A DNA stretch of 64,000 bases from Octopus sinensis (lineage: Eukaryota): contig NW_021834205.1 in the NCBI RefSeq assembly GCF_006345805.1, forward strand, positions 1-64,000, given 5' to 3'. The translations under genes were made by a program, and so were the position numbers. Under the pieces are notes generated by a model, which saw nothing but the letters and a program-made list of their open reading frames with translations, had not been told where the DNA came from and did no database searches. Shown piece by piece: positions 61,930 to 64,000 of the stretch; positions within the stretch are counted from its first letter, which is position 1, and every line of letters starts with the position of its first letter.

Positions 61930-61931
<2 letters not shown>
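60541..61931 (-). mobile_element. R4/Dong-type non-LTR retrotransposon, 3' part
   Basis: HPKADTERLYLPRKEGGRGL; CRVCKQQNETIDHV (CCHC); RPDIILKD..LIDMTVP.D.N..K.YQKLSKY (RLE); 3' UTR then (TAA)n. Confidence 0.93.
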
Positions 61932-61988
<57 letters not shown>

Positions 61989-62519
61989 GAGTGAGAGAGC
62001 AGTGCATGCCATCAAAGTGACACTGGGGTAAAATTTACGAAGCCCACTATACCCATCATGACTACCCGTCTGATAAGGGTACACCAGGCACATGCATCAC
62101 AACCATATGTGCGCAACATGGTGATTTCATATCAAGATAAACAGCCCTAGTTAGAGGCCTAGTTAGAATTTTCTTCTGGTCGAATAACCCATCCCACTCA
62201 AAAGGTCCCTGAATAAGGATTGTGTAAGGATGTTGAACGAACCACCCATGTTTCCAAAGGTGAATTATCCAAACCTCTAAGAATTCCTTTCAACACACGG
62301 CTATGATGCTCCCCCACTACTTCTGCTCGTGATCAGAGATGCACATATCGTCAGCCACTAAGTGACATGCTCAACTGGTTAAGGTTAAACAACTGACAAG
62401 CAAATCTGTGGTATTGAGCAGAATATTTGCTGTAGTCCATCTTTTATACCAAAACAAAACAGTTCTAATCAGTTAAGATCAAAAGCTATGAGAGCCACTG
62501 CCTGGTACTGCATCAGGGC

Positions 62520-62520
<1 letters not shown>
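61989..62520 (-). mobile_element. Element G
   Basis: Matches 24738-25276; flanked by (TTA)n on both sides. Confidence 0.88.
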
Positions 62521-62561
<41 letters not shown>

Positions 62562-62586
62562 TATTATTATTATTATTATTATTATA

Positions 62587-62621
<35 letters not shown>

Positions 62622-62668
62622 CATTATTATTATTATTATTATTAATAATATTATTGTTATTTTTGTTG

Positions 62669-62718
<50 letters not shown>

Positions 62719-62767
62719 AATAATATTATTGTTATTGTTGTTGTTATTATTATTATTATTATTAATA

Positions 62768-62825
<58 letters not shown>

Positions 62826-63089
62826 ATACATATATGTATGCTGCCTAGTTTTAGCCATTTACAAAACATCAATCATTTTTGTATATTAATTATTGTAAAT
62901 AAAAAATAATAATTAATAAAATAACAGTTGAGTTGTGTTAATAATTAATTTCTAATTAGTCGGTCCACTTTTATATTTTCCGTGACCTCTTGTAAACAAT
63001 GGGTCATGGAATCAATTAGAGTGTTGAAGTTGTTTACAGGAATTTCACACAAGAATTCCTTGATATTTTTCTTCCCTTTCTGCCTTCTT

Positions 63090-63107
63090 ATCCTCCTCCT
63101 CCTCCTC

Positions 63108-63169
<62 letters not shown>

Positions 63170-63239
63170 TCTACTACTACTAATGTTGCTGCTACTACTA
63201 TTACTTCTTCTTCTCCAACTACTACTACTATTAATGTTT

Positions 63240-63287
<48 letters not shown>

Positions 63288-63317
63288 TTTCTTCTACTAC
63301 TACTAATATTGCTTCTG

Positions 63318-63369
<52 letters not shown>

Positions 63370-63500
63370 TACTATTTTTGCTCATCATTATAATCATTAT
63401 CATCATTGCAATAGCCATCGCTATTAACACCATCATCATTATTATCATCATTACCATCGTCATCGTCATCATCATCATCATCATCATCATCATTGTCATC
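63090..63500. repeat. Compound (CTA)n/(CAT)n tract with a roughly 130-bp higher-order duplication
   Basis: (CTA)n-CACCACCACTA..CTAAT.TTGCT pattern appears twice. Confidence 0.85.
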
Positions 63501-63813
63501 GTCATCATTTTATGATTTTCCCTTGCTTTCGATGACTGAAGAATTGATCCCAGAACACCAGGTTCGCTCACTTGAAAGTAAATCGATGCATCGTATATGA
63601 TGTGTACGAATGAACCTTATGTTTGCGTAATATCTGACTACGTATAACAAGTTGATGAAATCTCAATAACAGACAGTCCAGCAAGCTCTCATCCCACCCT
63701 CCGGTCAGCCAACGAGTGTGTCTCTACATCCTACCAGCAAGAAACAGCAGCCAAATCACCTATAACTGTACCATTTTACCCAAAAAATGGGAAAAATACA
63801 TTGAATAATGTAG

Positions 63814-64000
63814 GAATGGCTGTGTGATAAGTAGCTTGCTTACCAACCACATGGTTCTGGGTTCAGTCCCACTGCGTGGCACCTTGGGCAAGTGTCTTCT
63901 ACTATAGCCTCGGGCCGACCAGAGCCTTGTGAGTGGATTTGCTAGACGGAAAATGAAAGAAGACCGTCGTATATATGTGTGTGTATATATATGTATATAT
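63814..64000 (+). mobile_element. SINE family A, 5' half (cut by window edge)
   Basis: GGAATGGCTGTGTG..GGGTTCAGTCCCACTGCGTGGCACCTTGGGC. Confidence 0.9.

Noticed and set aside
61989-62520. HDV-like ribozyme fold in element G
   Set aside because: P1, P2 and P4-like pairings can be drawn, but P1.1, L3 and J4/2 do not fit the consensus
1449-63571. Hundreds of ORFs with poly-I/L/Y/S/T, (YI)n, (CV)n or (HT)n
   Set aside because: Translations of TAA, TAG, TA, TG and TATG microsatellites; no coding evidence

Overview
Eukaryotic, AT-rich, repeat-saturated non-coding DNA. The SINE families and the TA/TG/TATG/GATA/TAA microsatellite profile suggest an octopus (coleoid cephalopod) genome; this is an inference. 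Almost all ORFs in the supplied track are microsatellite artefacts. The real content is: (i) dozens of tRNA-headed SINE copies from at least six families (my labels A-F) plus a TAA-embedded element G; (ii) decayed CR1-group, RTE and R4/Dong-type LINEs, a pogo transposase, a deleted mariner and a probable hAT MITE; (iii) a Penelope-like element (PLE) relic with a zinc linker, a GIY-YIG domain and inverted pLTRs; (iv) at least seven hammerhead-ribozyme (HHR)-like motifs from several unrelated families. One HHR sits inside a tRNA-headed SINE, and two have a permuted type-III-like layout. There are also several long foldbacks and a tentative + strand host gene made of small, phase-compatible exons separated by roughly 11-16 kb introns. 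All alignments and folds were done by eye. Coordinates of decayed repeats are approximate.
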